Positions 1 through 14,394 of a stretch of 64,000 nucleotides of DNA are shown piece after piece. Origin of the DNA: the human T2T-CHM13v2.0 reference genome, Homo sapiens; the NCBI RefSeq assembly GCF_009914755.1, contig NC_060948.1; one strand, 5' to 3'. Position 1 is the stretch's first letter; each line of letters starts with the position of its first letter. A program made the position numbers and the translations under genes. The notes beneath the pieces are model-generated. The model was not told where the DNA came from. It ran no database searches and was given only the letters and a program-made list of their open reading frames with translations.

Positions 1-149
1 AATGGAATCGAAGAGAATGGAAACAAATGGAATGGAATTGAATGGAATGGAATTGAATGGAATGGGAACGAATGGAGTGAAATTGTATGTAGTAGAAGAG
101 AATAGAATGGAATGCAAGCGAAAGGAAAGGAATGGATTGGAATGGAATG
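1..149 (+). repeat. Partial DYZ1 unit (3' end, before the first EcoRI site)
   Basis: Matches the end of later units (GGAATCGAAGAGAATGGAAACAAAT...GCAAGCGAAAGG); GAATTC begins at 150. Confidence 0.9.
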
Positions 150-563
150 GAATTCATTGGAATGGAAGGGAATGTAGTGTAATGGACAGGCCTGGAATAA
201 AGTGGAATGCTACGGTCTCGAATGGAATAAAAATGTATGGAATGGAATGCAATGAAACGGAATCGAATGTCATAGAATGTAATGGAATGCAAAAAAATGG
301 AATCCAAAATCATTGACTGGAAAGGCTGGGTGTCGAAAGGAATTGACTCCAATGGAATGGAATCGAATGGAATGGAAGTGAATAGAATCGAACTAAATCG
401 AATGGAATGGAATTGATAGGAACGGAATGGAAAGGAATGCAATGATTTGGCATGGAATGGAATCGAATGGCATCGAATGGAATGGAATGGAATGCAATGG
501 AATGGAATGTATTAGAATGTAATGAACTTTAATGGAATGTACTCGAATGGATTCGACTGGAAT

Positions 564-578
564 GGAATGTTCTGGAAG
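564..578. promoter_or_regulatory. Heat-shock element motif A (gGAAt-gTTCt-gGAAg), one copy per unit
   Basis: Exact match to the HSF1 consensus nGAAnnTTCnnGAAn, intact in every unit I read. Motif match only; binding is not shown. Confidence 0.6.
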
Positions 579-843
579 TGAATGGACTCCAATGGAATGG
601 ATTCAAAAGGAATGGAATCGTACGGAATGGAATCTAATGGAATGGAATTAAATGGAAATGAATCAAATTGAATAGCACGGAATTGAATTGAATGGAAAGG
701 AATGCAATGGAATCTAATGAAACGGAAAGGAAAGGAATGGAATGGAATGGAATGGACTGGAATGGAAAGGAATCGAAACGAATGGAATGGAATCGAACTG
801 AAGAGACTGGAATGGAATGCACTGGAATGGAAGGGAGTGTAAT

Positions 844-858
844 GGAAGGTTCTCGAAA
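844..858. promoter_or_regulatory. Heat-shock element motif B (gGAAg-gTTCt-cGAAa), one copy per unit
   Basis: Exact match to nGAAnnTTCnnGAAn, intact in every unit I read. Motif match only. Confidence 0.6.
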
Positions 859-1884
859 AAAATGGAATCGAATGGAATGGAATTGAATGGAACGGAATAG
901 AGTCGAATGGAATTGAATGGAATGGAATGGACTAGAGTGAAATGGAATCGAACCACAAGGAATGGACAGGAATAGAATGGTCTCGAATTGAATGGAATCG
1001 TATGGAATGGCATCAAACGGAATGGAATGGACAGCCACGGAATGGAATGCACTCGAATGCAATGGAGTCGAAACTAATGGACTGGAATAGAATGGACTCG
1101 ACTGGTACGGACTCCAATGGAATGGAATCGAATGGAAGGGAATCGAACGGAAGGGAATCGAACGGAATGGACTCGAAGGGAAAAGACTGCAATGGAAAGG
1201 TCTCGAATGGAATGGAAATTAATGGAATGGAATGGAATCGAATGAAATGGAGTCAAAAGGAATGGAATCGAATGGCAAGAAATCGAATGTAATGGAATCG
1301 CAAGGAATTGATGTGAACGGAACGGAATGGAATGGAATCCAAAGGAATGGAATAGAATGGAATGGAATCGAATGGAAAGGACTCCAATGGAAATCACTCG
1401 AATAGAATGCAATTTAATAAAATAGGATCAAATGTAATGGAATGGAATGGAAAGGAATCGAAACGAAAGGAATGGAGACAGATGGAATGGAATGGAACAG
1501 AGAGCAATGGTATAGAATGGAATGGAATCATCTGGAATGGAATTGAATGGAATGGAATAATATGAAATGGAATGGAATGGAATGGAATGGAATGCCCTTG
1601 AATTAAATGGACTGGAATGGAATGGACTCAAACAGAGTGGAATGGAAAGTGTTGAGATAGAATGGAATGAACTTCTTTGGAATGGTCTAGTAGGCAATGC
1701 AATCGACTGGCAGGGAATCAAAAGGAATGTAATCGAATAGATTGGACTGGAATGCAATGGACTCGAATAGATTGGAAACGGAATGCAAAGGAATGGAATG
1801 GAATAGTATGGAATGGAATGGAAAGGAATGGAGTGGAATAGACTAGAGTGGAATGGAATGGACTGGAAAGCAATGGACTGGAAT

Positions 1885-1899
1885 GGAACTTTCTTGAAT
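1885..1899. promoter_or_regulatory. Heat-shock element motif C (gGAAc-tTTCt-tGAAt), polymorphic among units
   Basis: Exact match to nGAAnnTTCnnGAAn. The third pentamer is changed to tGGAt in U2, U3, U14, U17 and U18. Motif match only. Confidence 0.55.
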
Positions 1900-3347
1900 G
1901 GACTGGAATCAAACGGAATGGAATGCAATGCAATCAAATGGCATGGAATAAAATAGAATGAAAGAGAATCAAATGGAATTGAATCGAATGGAATCGAATG
2001 GATTGGAAAGGAATAGAATGGAATGGAATGGAATGGACTCAAATGGAATGGACTAGAATGGAATGGATTCGAATGGAAGGCAAAGGAATGGAATCTATTG
2101 GAATGGACTGTAATGGAATGGAATGGAAGGGATTGGAATGGACTCGAATGGAATGGACTGCAATAGAAAGGATTCGAATGGAATGAAAAAGAATTGAATG
2201 GAATAGAACAGAATGGAATCTAATCGAATGAAATGGAATGGAATAGAAAGGAATGGAATGAAATGGAATGAAAAGGATTCGAATGGAATGCAATCGAATG
2301 GAATGGAATCGAACGGAATGGAATAAAATGGAAGAAAACTGGCAAGAAATGGAATCGAAATGAATGGAGTGTTATGGAACGGACTCAAAAGGAATTGAAT
2401 GTAATAGAATGGAGTGGAGTGGACTCGAATATAATGGACTGGAATGGAATGAAATCACATGGAATGGGAACGAATGGAATGGAATGGAAAGGAATGGAAT
2501 CGAATGGAAAGGAATCGAATGGAAGGGAATGAAATTGAATCAACAGGAATGGAAGGGAATAGAATAGACGGTAATGGAATGGACTCGAATAGAATGGACA
2601 CGAATGCTCAAATTGAATGGACTCGAATGGAATGGAAACGAAAGGAATGTCATCGAATGGAATTGAATCGATTGGAATGAAATCGCATAGAATGGAGTGG
2701 AATCAAATGGAATTGAATCGAAAGGAAAGGAAGCGAATGGACTGAAATGAAATGGAATGGAATTGAATGGAAAGTAATGCAATGGAATAGAATGGAACGA
2801 AATTTCACGGAATGGAATCAAACTGAATGGAATCAAATCAATGGAATCAAATCAAATGGAATGGAAAGGAATTGAATGGAGTAGATTGGATTGGATGGGA
2901 TTGGAATGAAATGTACTGGAAAGGACTCGAATTTCATGAAACGGAATGGAATGAATTGGAACGGAATGGACTCGAATGGAATGGAATGTCATGGGATGGC
3001 ATCAAATGGAATGGCATCAAATGGAATGGAATCGAATGCAATGGAATGCTATGGAATGGAATGGAATGCATTGGAATGGAATGTCCTCTAATGGAATGGA
3101 TTCGAGTGGAATGGAATCGAATATAATGGAGTCGAATGAAATGGAATTGAAAGGAATGGGATCGAATACAATGGAATATACTGGAATGTAATGTAATGAA
3201 CTCGAATGTAATTGACTGGAATGGAATGTAATCGAATGGAAAGTAATCCAATGGAATAGAATCTAATGCAATAAAATCGACTCAGATAGAGTAGAATGTA
3301 ATGGAATGGAGTGCAGTGCAATGGAATGGAATGGAATGGAATGCAAT

Positions 3348-3397
3348 GGAATGGAATGGAATGGAATGGAATGGAATGGAATGGAATGGAATGGAAT
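3348..3397 (+). repeat. Pure (GGAAT)10 tract; copy-number-variable microsatellite within each unit
   Basis: Ten perfect GGAAT copies between GCAAT (3343) and GGGAT (3398). The homologous tract differs in length between units. Confidence 0.9.
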
Positions 3398-3723
3398 GGG
3401 ATGGAATGGTATGGAATGGATAGTAATGGACTGGAATGAAATGGACTGGAAAAGAATGGACTCAAATTGAAAGGGCTCGAAAGGAATGGAGTCAAATGGA
3501 ATTGTCTGGAATGGAATGAACACGAATGTAATGCAATCCAATAGAATGGAATCGAATGGCATGGAATATAAAGAAATGGAATCGAAGAGAATGGAAACAA
3601 ATGGAATGGAATTGAATGGAATGGAATTGAATGGAATGGGAACGAATGGAGTGAAATTGTATGCAGTAGAAGAGAATAGAATGGAATGCAAGCGAAAGGA
3701 AAGGAATGGATTGCAATGGAATG

Positions 3724-6700
3724 GAATTCATTGGAATGGAAGGGAATGTAGTGTAATGGACAGGCCTGGAATAAAGTGGAATGCTACGGTCTCGAATGGA
3801 ATAAAAATGTATGGAATGGAATGCAATGAAACGGAATCGAATGTCATCGAATGTAATGGAATGCAAAAAAATGGACTCCAAAATCATTGACTGGAAAGGC
3901 TGGGGGTCGAAAGGAATTGACTGCAATGGAATGGAATCGAATGGAATGGAAGTGAATAGAATCGAACTAAATCGAATGGAATGGAATTGATAGGAACGGA
4001 ATGGAAAGGAATGCAATGATTTGGCATGGAATGGAATCGAATGGCATCAAATGTAATGGAATGGAATGCAATGGAATGGAATGTATTAGAATGTAATGAA
4101 CATTAATGGAATGTACTCGAATGGATTCGACTGGAATGGAATGTTCTGGAAGTGAATGGACTCCAATGGAATGGATTCGAAAGGAATGGAATCGAACGGA
4201 ATGGAATCTAATGGAATGGAATTAAATGGAAATGAATCAAATTGAATAGCACGGAATTGAATTGAATGGAATCGAATGCAATGGAATCTAATGAAACGGA
4301 AAGGAAAGAATGGAATGGAATGGAATGGGCTGGAATGGAAAGGAATCGAAACGAATGGAATGGAATCGAACTGAAGAGACTGGAATGGAATGCACTGGAA
4401 TGGAAGGGAGTGTAATGGAAGGTTCTCGAAAAAAATGGAATCGAATGGAATGGAATTGAATGGAACGGAATAGAGTCGCATGAAATTGAATGGAGTGGAA
4501 TGGACTAGAGTGAAATGGAATCGAACGAAAAGGAATGGACAGGAATGGAATGGTCTCGAATTGAATGGAATCGTATGGAATGGCATCAAACGGAATGGAA
4601 TGGACAGCCACGGAATGGAATGCACTCGAATGCAATGGAGTCGAAACTAATGGACTGGAATAGAATGGACTCGACTGGTATGGACTCCAATGGAATGGAA
4701 TCGAATGGAAGGGAATCGAACGGAATGGACTCGAAGGGAAAAGACTGCAATGGAAAGGTCTCGAATGGAATGGAAATTAATGGAATGGAATGGAATCGAA
4801 TGAAATGGAGTCAAAAGGAATGGAATCGAATGGCAAGAAATCGAATGTAATGGAATCGCAAGGAATTGATGTGAACGGAACGGAATGGAATGGAATCCAA
4901 AGGAATGGAATAGAATGGAATGGAATCGAATGGAAAGGACTCGAATGGAAATCACTCGAATAGAATGCAATTTAATAAAATAGGATCAAATGTAATGGAA
5001 TGGAATGGAAAGGAATCGAAACGAAAGGAATGGAGACAGATGGAATGGAATGGAACAGAGAGCAATGGTATAGAATGGAATGGAATCATCTGGAATGGAA
5101 TTGAATGGAATGGAATAACATGAAATGGACTGGAATGGAATGGAATGGAATGGAATGCCCTTGAATTAAATGGACTGGACTCGAACAGAGTGGAATGGAA
5201 AGTGTTGAGATAGAATGGAATGGACTCCTTTGGAATGGTGTAGTATGCAATGCAATCGACTGGCAGGGAATCAAAAGGAATGTAATCGAATGGATTGGAC
5301 TGGAATGCAATGGACTCGAATAGATTGGAAACGGAATGCAAAGGAATGGAATGGAATAGTATGGAATGCAATGGAAGGGAATGGAGTGGAATAGACTAGA
5401 GTGGAATGGAATGGACTGGAAAGCAATGGACTGGAATGGAACTTTCTTGGATGGACTGGAATCAAACGGAATGGAATGCAATGCAATCAAATGGCATGGA
5501 ATAAAATAGAATGAAAGAGAATCAAATGGAATTGAATCGAATGGAATCGAATGGATTGGAAAGGAATAGAATGGAATGGAATGGAATTGACTCAAATGGA
5601 ATGGACTAGAATGGAATGGATTCGAATGGAAGGCAAAGGAATGGAATCTATTGGAATGGACTGTAATGGAATGGAATGGAAGGGATTGGAATGGACTCGA
5701 ATGGAATGGACTGCAATAGAAAGGATTCGAATGGAATGAAAAAGAATTGAATGGAATAGAACAGAATGGAATCAAATCGAATGGAATGGAATGGAATAGA
5801 AAGGAATGGAATGAAATGGAATGGAAAGGATTCGAATGGAATGCAATCGAATGGAATGGAATCGAACGGAATGGAATAAAATGGAAGAAAACTGGCAAGA
5901 AATGGAATCGAAATGAATGGAGTGTTATGGAATGGACTCAAAAGGAATTGAATGTAATAGAATGGAGTGGAGTGGACTCGAATATAATGGACTGGAATGG
6001 AATGAAATCACATGGAATGGGAACGAATGGAATGGAATGGAAAGGAATGGAATCGAATGGAAAGGAATCGAATGGAAGGGAATGAAATTGAATCAACAGG
6101 AATGGGAGGGAATAGAATAGACTGTAATGGAATGGACTCGAATAGAATGGACACGAATGCTCAAATTAAATTGACTCGAATGGAATGGAAACGAAAGGAA
6201 TGTCATCGAATGGAATTGAATCGATTGGAATGAAATCGCATAGAATGGAGTGGAATCAAATGGAATTGAATCGAAAGGAAAGGAAGCGAATGGACTGAAA
6301 TGAAATGGAATGGAATTGAATGGAAAGTAATGCAATGGAATAGAATGGAACGAAATTTCACGGAATGGAATCAAACTGAATGGAATCAAATCAATGGAAT
6401 CAAATCAAATGGAATTGAAAGGAATTGAATGGAGTAGATGGGATTGGATGGGATTGGAATGAAATGTACTGGAAAGGACTCGAATTTCATGAAACGGAAT
6501 GGAATGAATTGGAAAGGAATGGACTCGAATGGAATGGAATGTCATGGAATGGCATCAAATGGAATGGCATCAAATGGAATGGAATCGAATGCAATGGAAT
6601 GCTGTGGAATGGAATGGAATACATTGGAATGGAATGTCCTCTAATGGAATGGATTCGAGTGGAATGGAATTGAATATAATGGAGTCGAATGAAATGGAAT

Positions 6701-7276
6701 TGAAAGGAATGGGATCGAATACAATGGAATATACTGGAATGTAACGTAATGAACTCGAATGTAATTGACTGGAATGGAATGTACATGAATGGAATGTAAT
6801 CGAATGGAAAGTAGTCCAATGGAATAGAATCTAATGCAATAAAATCGACTCAGATAGAGTAGAATGTAATGGAATGGAGTGCAGTGCAATGGAATGGAAT
6901 GGAATGGAATGCAATGGAATGGAATGGAATGGAATGGAATGGAATGGAATGGGATGGAATGGTATGGAATGGATAGTAATGGACTGGAGTGAAATGGACT
7001 GGAAAGGAATGGACTCAAATTGAAAGGTCTCGAAAGGAATGGAGTCAAATGGAATGGTCTGGAATGGAATGAACACGAATGTAATGCAATCCAATAGAAT
7101 GGAATCGAATGGCATGGAATATAAAGAAATGGAATCGAAGAGAATGGAAACAAATGGAATGAAATTGAATGGAATGGAATTGAATGGAATGTGAACGAAT
7201 GGAGTGAAATTGTATGCAGTAGAAGAGAATAGAATGGAATGCAAGCGAAAGGAAAGGAATGGATTGGAATGGAATG
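3724..7276 (+). repeat. DYZ1 unit U2 (3553 bp)
   Basis: GAATTC at 3724 and 7277. Has a 1-bp deletion near 4308, +5 bp near 5130 and a 10-bp deletion near 5178. Confidence 0.92.
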
Positions 7277-10200
7277 GAATTCATTGGAATGGAAGGGAAT
7301 GTAGTGTAATGGACAGGCCTGGAATAAAGTGGAATGCTACGGTCTCGAATGGAATAAAAATGTATGGAATGGAATGCAATGAAACGGAATCGAATGTCAT
7401 AGAATGTAATGGAATGCAAAAAAATGGAATCCAAAATCATTGAATGGAAAGGCTGGGTGTCGAAAGGAATTGACTCCAATGGAATGGAATCGAATGGAAT
7501 GGAAGTGAATAGAATCGAACTAAATCGAATGGAATGGAATTGATAGGAACGGAATGGAAAGGATTGCAATGATTTGGCATGGAATGGAATCGAATGGCAT
7601 CGAATGGAATGGAATGGAATGCAATGGAATGGAATGTATTAGAATGTAATGAACTTTAATGGAATGTACTCGAATGGATTCGACTGGAATGGAATGTTCT
7701 GGAAGTGAATGGACTCCAATGGAATGGATTCAAAAGGAATGGAATCGTACGGAATGGAATCTAATGGAATGGAATTAAATGGAAATGAATCAAATTGAAT
7801 AGCACGGAATTGAATTGAATGGAATGGAATGCAATGGAATCTAATGAAACGGAAAGGAAAGGAATGGAATGGAATGGAATGGGCTGGAATGGAAAGGAAT
7901 CGAAACGAATGGAATGGAATCGAAGTGAAGAGACTGGAATGGTATGCACTGGAATGGAAGGGAGTGTAATGGAAGGTTCTCGAAAAAAATGGAATCGAAT
8001 GGAATGCAATTGAATGGAACGGAATAGAGTCGAATGGAATTGAATGGAATGGAATGGACTAGAGTGAAATGGAATCGAACCACAAGGAATGGACAGGAAT
8101 AGAATGGTCTCGAATTGAATGGAATCGTATGGAATGGCATCAAACGGAATGGAATGGACAGCCACGGAATGGAATGCACTCGAATGCAATGGAGTCGAAA
8201 CTAATGGACTGGAATAGAATGGACTCGACTGGTACGGACTCCAATGGAATGGAATCGAATGGAAGGGAATCGAACGTAATGGACTCGAAGGGAAAAGACT
8301 GCAATGGAAAGGTCTCGAATGGAATGGAAATTAATGGAATGGAATGGAATCGAATGAAATGGAGTCAAAAGGAATGGAATCGAATGGCAAGAAATCGAAT
8401 GTAATGGAATCGCAAGGAATTGATGTGAACGGAACGGAATGGAATGGAATCCAAAGGAATGGAATAGAATGGAATGGAAACGAATGGAAAGGACTCCAAT
8501 GGAAATCACTCGAATAGAATGCAATTTAATAAAATAGGATCAAATGTAATAGAATGGAACGGAAAGGAATCGAAACGGAAGGAATGGAGACAGATGGAAT
8601 GGAATGGAACAGAGAGCAATGGTATAGAATGGAATGGAATCATCTGGAATGGAATTGAATGGAATGGAATGATATGAAATGGAATGGAATGGAATGGAAT
8701 GGAATGCCCTTGAATTAAATGGACTGGACTCGAACAGAGTGGAATGGAAAGTGTTGAGATAGAATGGAATGGACTCCTTTGGAATGGTGTAGTATGCAAT
8801 GCAATCGACTGGCAGGGAATCAAAAGGAATGTAATCGAATGGATTGGACTGGAATGCAATGGACTCGAATAGATTGGAAACGGAATGCAAAGGAATGGAA
8901 TGGAATAGTATGGAATGCAATGGAAGGGAATGGAGTGGAATAGACTAGAGTGGAATGGAATGGACTGGAAAGCAATGGAGTGGAATGGAACTTTCTTGGA
9001 TGGACTGGAATCAAACGGAATGGAATGCAATGCAATCAAATGGCATGGAATAAAATAGAATGAAAGAGAATCAAATGGAATTGAATCGAATGGAATCGAA
9101 TGGATTGGAAAGGAATAGAATGGAATGGAATGGAATTGACTCAAATGGAATGGACTAGAATGGAATGGATTCGAATGGAAGGCAAAGGAATGGAATCTAT
9201 TGGAATGGACTGTAATGGAATGGAATGGAAGGGATTGGAATGGACTCGAATGGAATGGACTGCAATAGAAAGGATTCGAATGGAATGAAAAAGAATTGAA
9301 TGGAATAGAACAGAATGGAATCAAATCGAATGGAATGGAATGGAATAGAAAGGAATGGAATGAAATGGAATGGAAAGGATTCGAATGGAATGCAATCGAA
9401 TGGAATGGAATCGAACGGAATGGAATAAAATGGAAGAAAACTGGCAAGAAATGGAATCGAAATGAATGGAGTGTTATGGAACGGACTCAAAAGGAATTGA
9501 ATGTAATAGAATGGAGTGGAGTGGACTCGAATATAATGGACTGGAATGGAATGAAATCACATGGAATGGGAACGAATGGAATGGAATGGAAAGGAATGGA
9601 ATCGAATGGAAAGGAATCGAATGGAAGGGAATGAAATTGAATCAACAGGAATGGAAGGGAATAGAATAGACTGTAATGGAATGGACTCGAATAGAATGGA
9701 CACGAATGCTCAAATTAAATGGACTCGAATGGAATGGAAACGAAAGGAATGTCATCGAATGGAATTGAATCGATTGGAATGAAATCGCATAGAATGGAGT
9801 GGAATCAAATGGAATTGAATCGAAAGGAAAGGAAGCGAATGGACTGAAATGAAATGGAATGGAATTGAATGGAAAGTAATGCAATGGAATAGAATGGAAC
9901 GAAATTTCACGGAATGGAATCAAACTGAATGGAATCAAATCAATGGAATCAAATCAAATGGAATGGAAAGGAATTGAATGGAGTAGATGGGATTGGATGG
10001 GATTGGAATGAAATGTACTGGAAAGGACTCGAATTTCATGAAACGGAATGGAATGAATTGGAACGGAATGGACTCGAATGGAATGGAATGTCATGGAATG
10101 GCATCAAATGGAATGGCATCAAATGGAATGGAATCGAATGCAATGGAATGCTATGGAATGGAATGGAATGCATTGGAATGGAATGTCCTCTAATGGAATG

Positions 10201-10835
10201 GATTCGAGAGAAATGGAATTGAATGTAATGGAGTCGAATGAAATGGAATTGAAAGGAATGGGATCGAATACAATGGAATATACTGGAATGTAACGTAATG
10301 AACTCGAATGTAATTGACTGGAATGGAATGTACATGAATGGAATGTAATCGAATGGAAAGTAATCCAATGGAATAGAATCTAATGCAATAAAATCGACTC
10401 AGATAGAGTAGAATGTAATGGAATGGAGTGCAGTGCAATGGAATGGAATGGAATGGAATGCAATGGAATGGAATGGAATGGAATGGAATGGAATGGAATG
10501 GAATGGAATGGGATGGAATGGTATGGAATGGATAGTAATGGACTGGAATGAAATGGACTGGAAAAGAATGGACTCAAATTGAAAGGGCTCGAAAGGAATG
10601 GAGTCAAATGGAATGGTCTGGAATGGAATGAACACGAATGTAATGCAATCCAATAGAATGGAATCGAATGGCATGGAATATAAAGAAATGGAATCGAAGA
10701 GAATGGAAACAAATGGAATGGAATTGAATGGAATGGAATTGAATGGAATGGGAACGAATGGAGTGAAATTGTATGCAGTAGAAGAGAATAGAATGGAATG
10801 CAAGCGAAAGGAAAGGAATGGATTGGAATGGAATG
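7277..10835 (+). repeat. DYZ1 unit U3 (3559 bp)
   Basis: GAATTC at 7277 and 10836. Shares the 10-bp deletion (near 8726) with U2. Confidence 0.92.
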
Positions 10836-13800
10836 GAATTCATTGGAATGGAAGGGAATGTAGTGTAATGGACAGGCCTGGAATAAAGTGGAATGCTACG
10901 GTCTCGAATGGAATAAAAATGTATGGAATGGAATGCAATGAAACGGAATCGAATGTCATAGAATGTAATGGAATGCAAAAAAATGGAATCCAAAATCATT
11001 GACTGGAAAGGCTGGGTGTCGAAAGGAATTGACTCCAATGGAATGGAATCGAATGGAATGGAAGTGAATAGAATCGAACTAAATCGAATGGAATGGAATT
11101 GATAGGAACGGAATGGAAAGGAATGCAATGATTTGGCATGGAATGGAATCGAATGGCATCGAATGGAATGGAATGGAATGCAATGGAATGGAATGTATTA
11201 GAATGTAATGAACATTAATGGAATGTACTCGAATGGATTCGACTGGAATGGAATGTTCTGGAAGTGAATGGACTCCAATGGAATGGATTCGAAAGGAATG
11301 GAATCGAACGGAATGGAATCTAATGGAATGGAATTAAATGGAAATGAATCAAATTGAATAGCACGGAATTGAATTGAATGGAATGGAATGCAATGGAATC
11401 TAATGAAACGGAAAGGAAAGGAATGGAATGGAATGGAATGGGCTGGAATGGAAAGGAATCGAAACGAATGGAATGGAATCGAACTGAAGAGACTGGAATG
11501 GAATGCACTGGAATGGAAGGGAGTGTAATGGAAGGTTCTCGAAAATAATGGAAGCAAATGGAATGGAATTGAATGGAACGGAATAGAGTCGAATGGAATT
11601 GAATGGAATGGAATGGACTAGAGTGAAATGGAATCGAACCACAAGGAATGGACAGGAATAGAATGGTCTCGAATTGAATGGAATCGTATGGAATGGCATC
11701 AAACGGAATGGAATGGACAGCCACGGAATGGAATGCACTCGAATGCAATGGAGTCGAAACTTATGGACTGGAATAGAATGGACTCGACTGGTACGGACTC
11801 CAATGGAATGGAATCGAATGGAAGGGATTCGAACGGAATGGACTCGAAGGGAAAAGACTGCAATGGATAGGTCTCGAATGGAATGGAAATTAATGGAATG
11901 GAATGGAATCGAATGAAATGGAGTCAAAAGGAATGGAATCGAATGGCAAGAAATCGAATGTAATGGAATCGCAAGGAATTGATGTGAACGGAACGGAATG
12001 GAATGGAATCCAAAGGAATGGAATAGAATGGAATGGAATCGAATGGAAAGGACTCGAATGGAAATCACTCGAATAGAATGCAATTTAATAAAATAGGATC
12101 AAATGTAATTGAATGGAATGGAAAGGAATCGAAACGAAAGGAATGGAGACAGATGGAATGGAATGGAACAGAGAGCAATGGTATAGAATGGAATGGAATC
12201 ATCTGGAATGGAATTGAATGGAATGGAATAATATGAAATGGAATGGAATGGAATGGAATGGAATGCCCTTGAATTAAATGGACTGGAATGGAATGGACTC
12301 GAACAGAGTGGAATGGAAAGTGTTGAGATAGAATGGAATGGACTCCTTTGGAATGGTCTAGTATGCAATGCAATCGACTGGCAGGGAATCAAAAGGAATG
12401 TAATCGAATGGATTAGACTGGAATGCAATGGACTCGAATAGATTGGAAACGGAATGCAAAGGAATGGAATGGAATAGTATGGAATGGAATGGAAAGGAAT
12501 GGAGTGGAATAGACTAGAGTGGAATGGAATGGACTGGAAAGCAATGGACTGGAATGGAACTTTCTTGAATGGACTGGAATCAAACGGAATGGAATGCAAT
12601 GCAATCAAATGGCATGGAATAAAATAGAATGAAAGAGAATCAAATGGAATTGAATCGAATGGAATCGAATGGATTGGAAAGGAATAGAATGGAATGGAAT
12701 GGAATTGACTCAAATGGAATGGACTAGAATGGAATGGATTCGAATGGAAGGCAAAGGAATGGAATCTATTGGAATGGACTGTAATGGAATGGAATGGAAG
12801 GGATTGGAATGGACTCGAATGGAATGGACTGCAATAGAAAGGATTCGAATGGAATGAAAAAGAATTGAATGGAATAGAACAGAATGGAATCAAATCGAAT
12901 GAAATGGAATGGAATAGAAAGGAATGGAATGAAATGGAATGGAAAGGATTCGAATGGAATGCAATCGAATGGAATGGAATCGAACGGAATGGAATAAAAT
13001 GGAAGAAAACTGGCAAGAAATGGAATCGAAATGAATGGAGTGTTATGGAACGGACTCAAAAGGAATTGAATGTAATAGAATGGAGTGGAGTGGACTCGAA
13101 TATAATGGACTGGAATGGAATGAAATCACATGGAATGGGAACGAATGGAATGGAATGGAAAGGAATGGAATCGAATGGAAAGGAATCGAATGGAAGGGAA
13201 TGAAATTGAATCAACAGGAATGGAAGGGAATAGAATAGACGGTAATGGAATGGACTCGAATAGAATGGACACGAATGCTCAAATTGAATGGACTCGAATG
13301 GAATGGAAACGAAAGGAATGTCATCGAATGGAATTGAATCGATTGGAATGAAATCGCATAGAATGGAGTGGAATCAAATGGAATTGAATCGAAAGGAAAG
13401 GAAGCGAATGGACTGAAATGAAATGGAATGGAATTGAATGGAAAGTAATGCAATGGAATAGAATGGAACGAAATTTCACGGAATGGAATCAAACTGAATG
13501 GAATCAAATCAATGGAATCAAATCAAATGGAATGGAAAGGAATTGAATGGAGTAGATTGGATTGGATGGGATTGGAATGAAATGTACTGGAAAGGACTCG
13601 AATTTCATGAAACGGAATGGAATGAATTGGAACGGAATGGACTCGAATGGAATGGAATGTCATGGAATGGCATCAAATGGAATGGCATCAAATGGAATGG
13701 AATCGAATGCAATGGAATGCTATGGAATGGAATGGAATGCATTGGAATGGAATGTCCTCTAATGGAATGGATTCGAGTGGAATGGAATCGAATATAATGG

Positions 13801-14394
13801 AGTCGAATGAAATGGAATTGAAAGGAATGGGATCGAATACAATGGAATATACTGGAATGTAATGTAATGAACTCGAATGTAATTGACTGGAATGGAATGT
13901 ACATGAATGGAATGTAATCGAATGGAAAGTAATCCAATGGAATAGAATCTAATGCAATAAAATCGACTCAGATAGAGTAGAATGTAATGGAATGGAGTGC
14001 AGTGCAATGGAATGGAATGGAATGGAATGCAATGGAATGGAATGGAATGGAACGGAATGGAATGGAATGGGATGGAATGGTACGGAATGGACAGTAATGG
14101 ACTGGAATGAAATGGACTGGAAAAGAATGGACTCAAATTGAAAGGGCTCGAAAGGAATGGAGTCAAATGGAATAGTCTGGAATGGAATGAACACGAATGT
14201 AATGCAATCCAATAGAATGGAATCGAATGGCATGGAATATAAAGAAATGGAATCGAAGAGAATGGAAACAAATGGAATGGAATTGAATGGAATGGAATTG
14301 AATGGAATGGGAACGAATGGAGTGAAATTGTATGCAGTAGAAGAGAATAGAATGGAATGCAAGCGAAAGGAAAGGAATGGATTGCAATGGAATG
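10836..14394 (+). repeat. DYZ1 unit U4 (3559 bp)
   Basis: GAATTC at 10836 and 14395. First unit of the GAAAATAATGGAAGCAAAT subfamily. Confidence 0.92.

Larger units (their letters stand above)
150..3723 (+). repeat. DYZ1 unit U1 (3574 bp)
   Basis: GAATTC at 150 and 3724. Has a 15-bp duplication at 1134-1163, a 15-bp deletion near 3230 and the longest GGAAT tract. Confidence 0.92.

Noticed and set aside
2927-2942. CGAATTTCATGAAA as a fourth heat-shock element
   Set aside because: The GAA-to-TTC spacing is 1 bp instead of 2, so only a two-pentamer nTTCnnGAAn site is in register.
196-3276. Several AATAAA hexamers per unit (for example 196, 226, 1416, 1947, 2322, 3270) as polyadenylation signals
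   Set aside because: They arise easily from GGAAT followed by an A-rich pentamer. No downstream GU-rich element or transcript evidence is visible.
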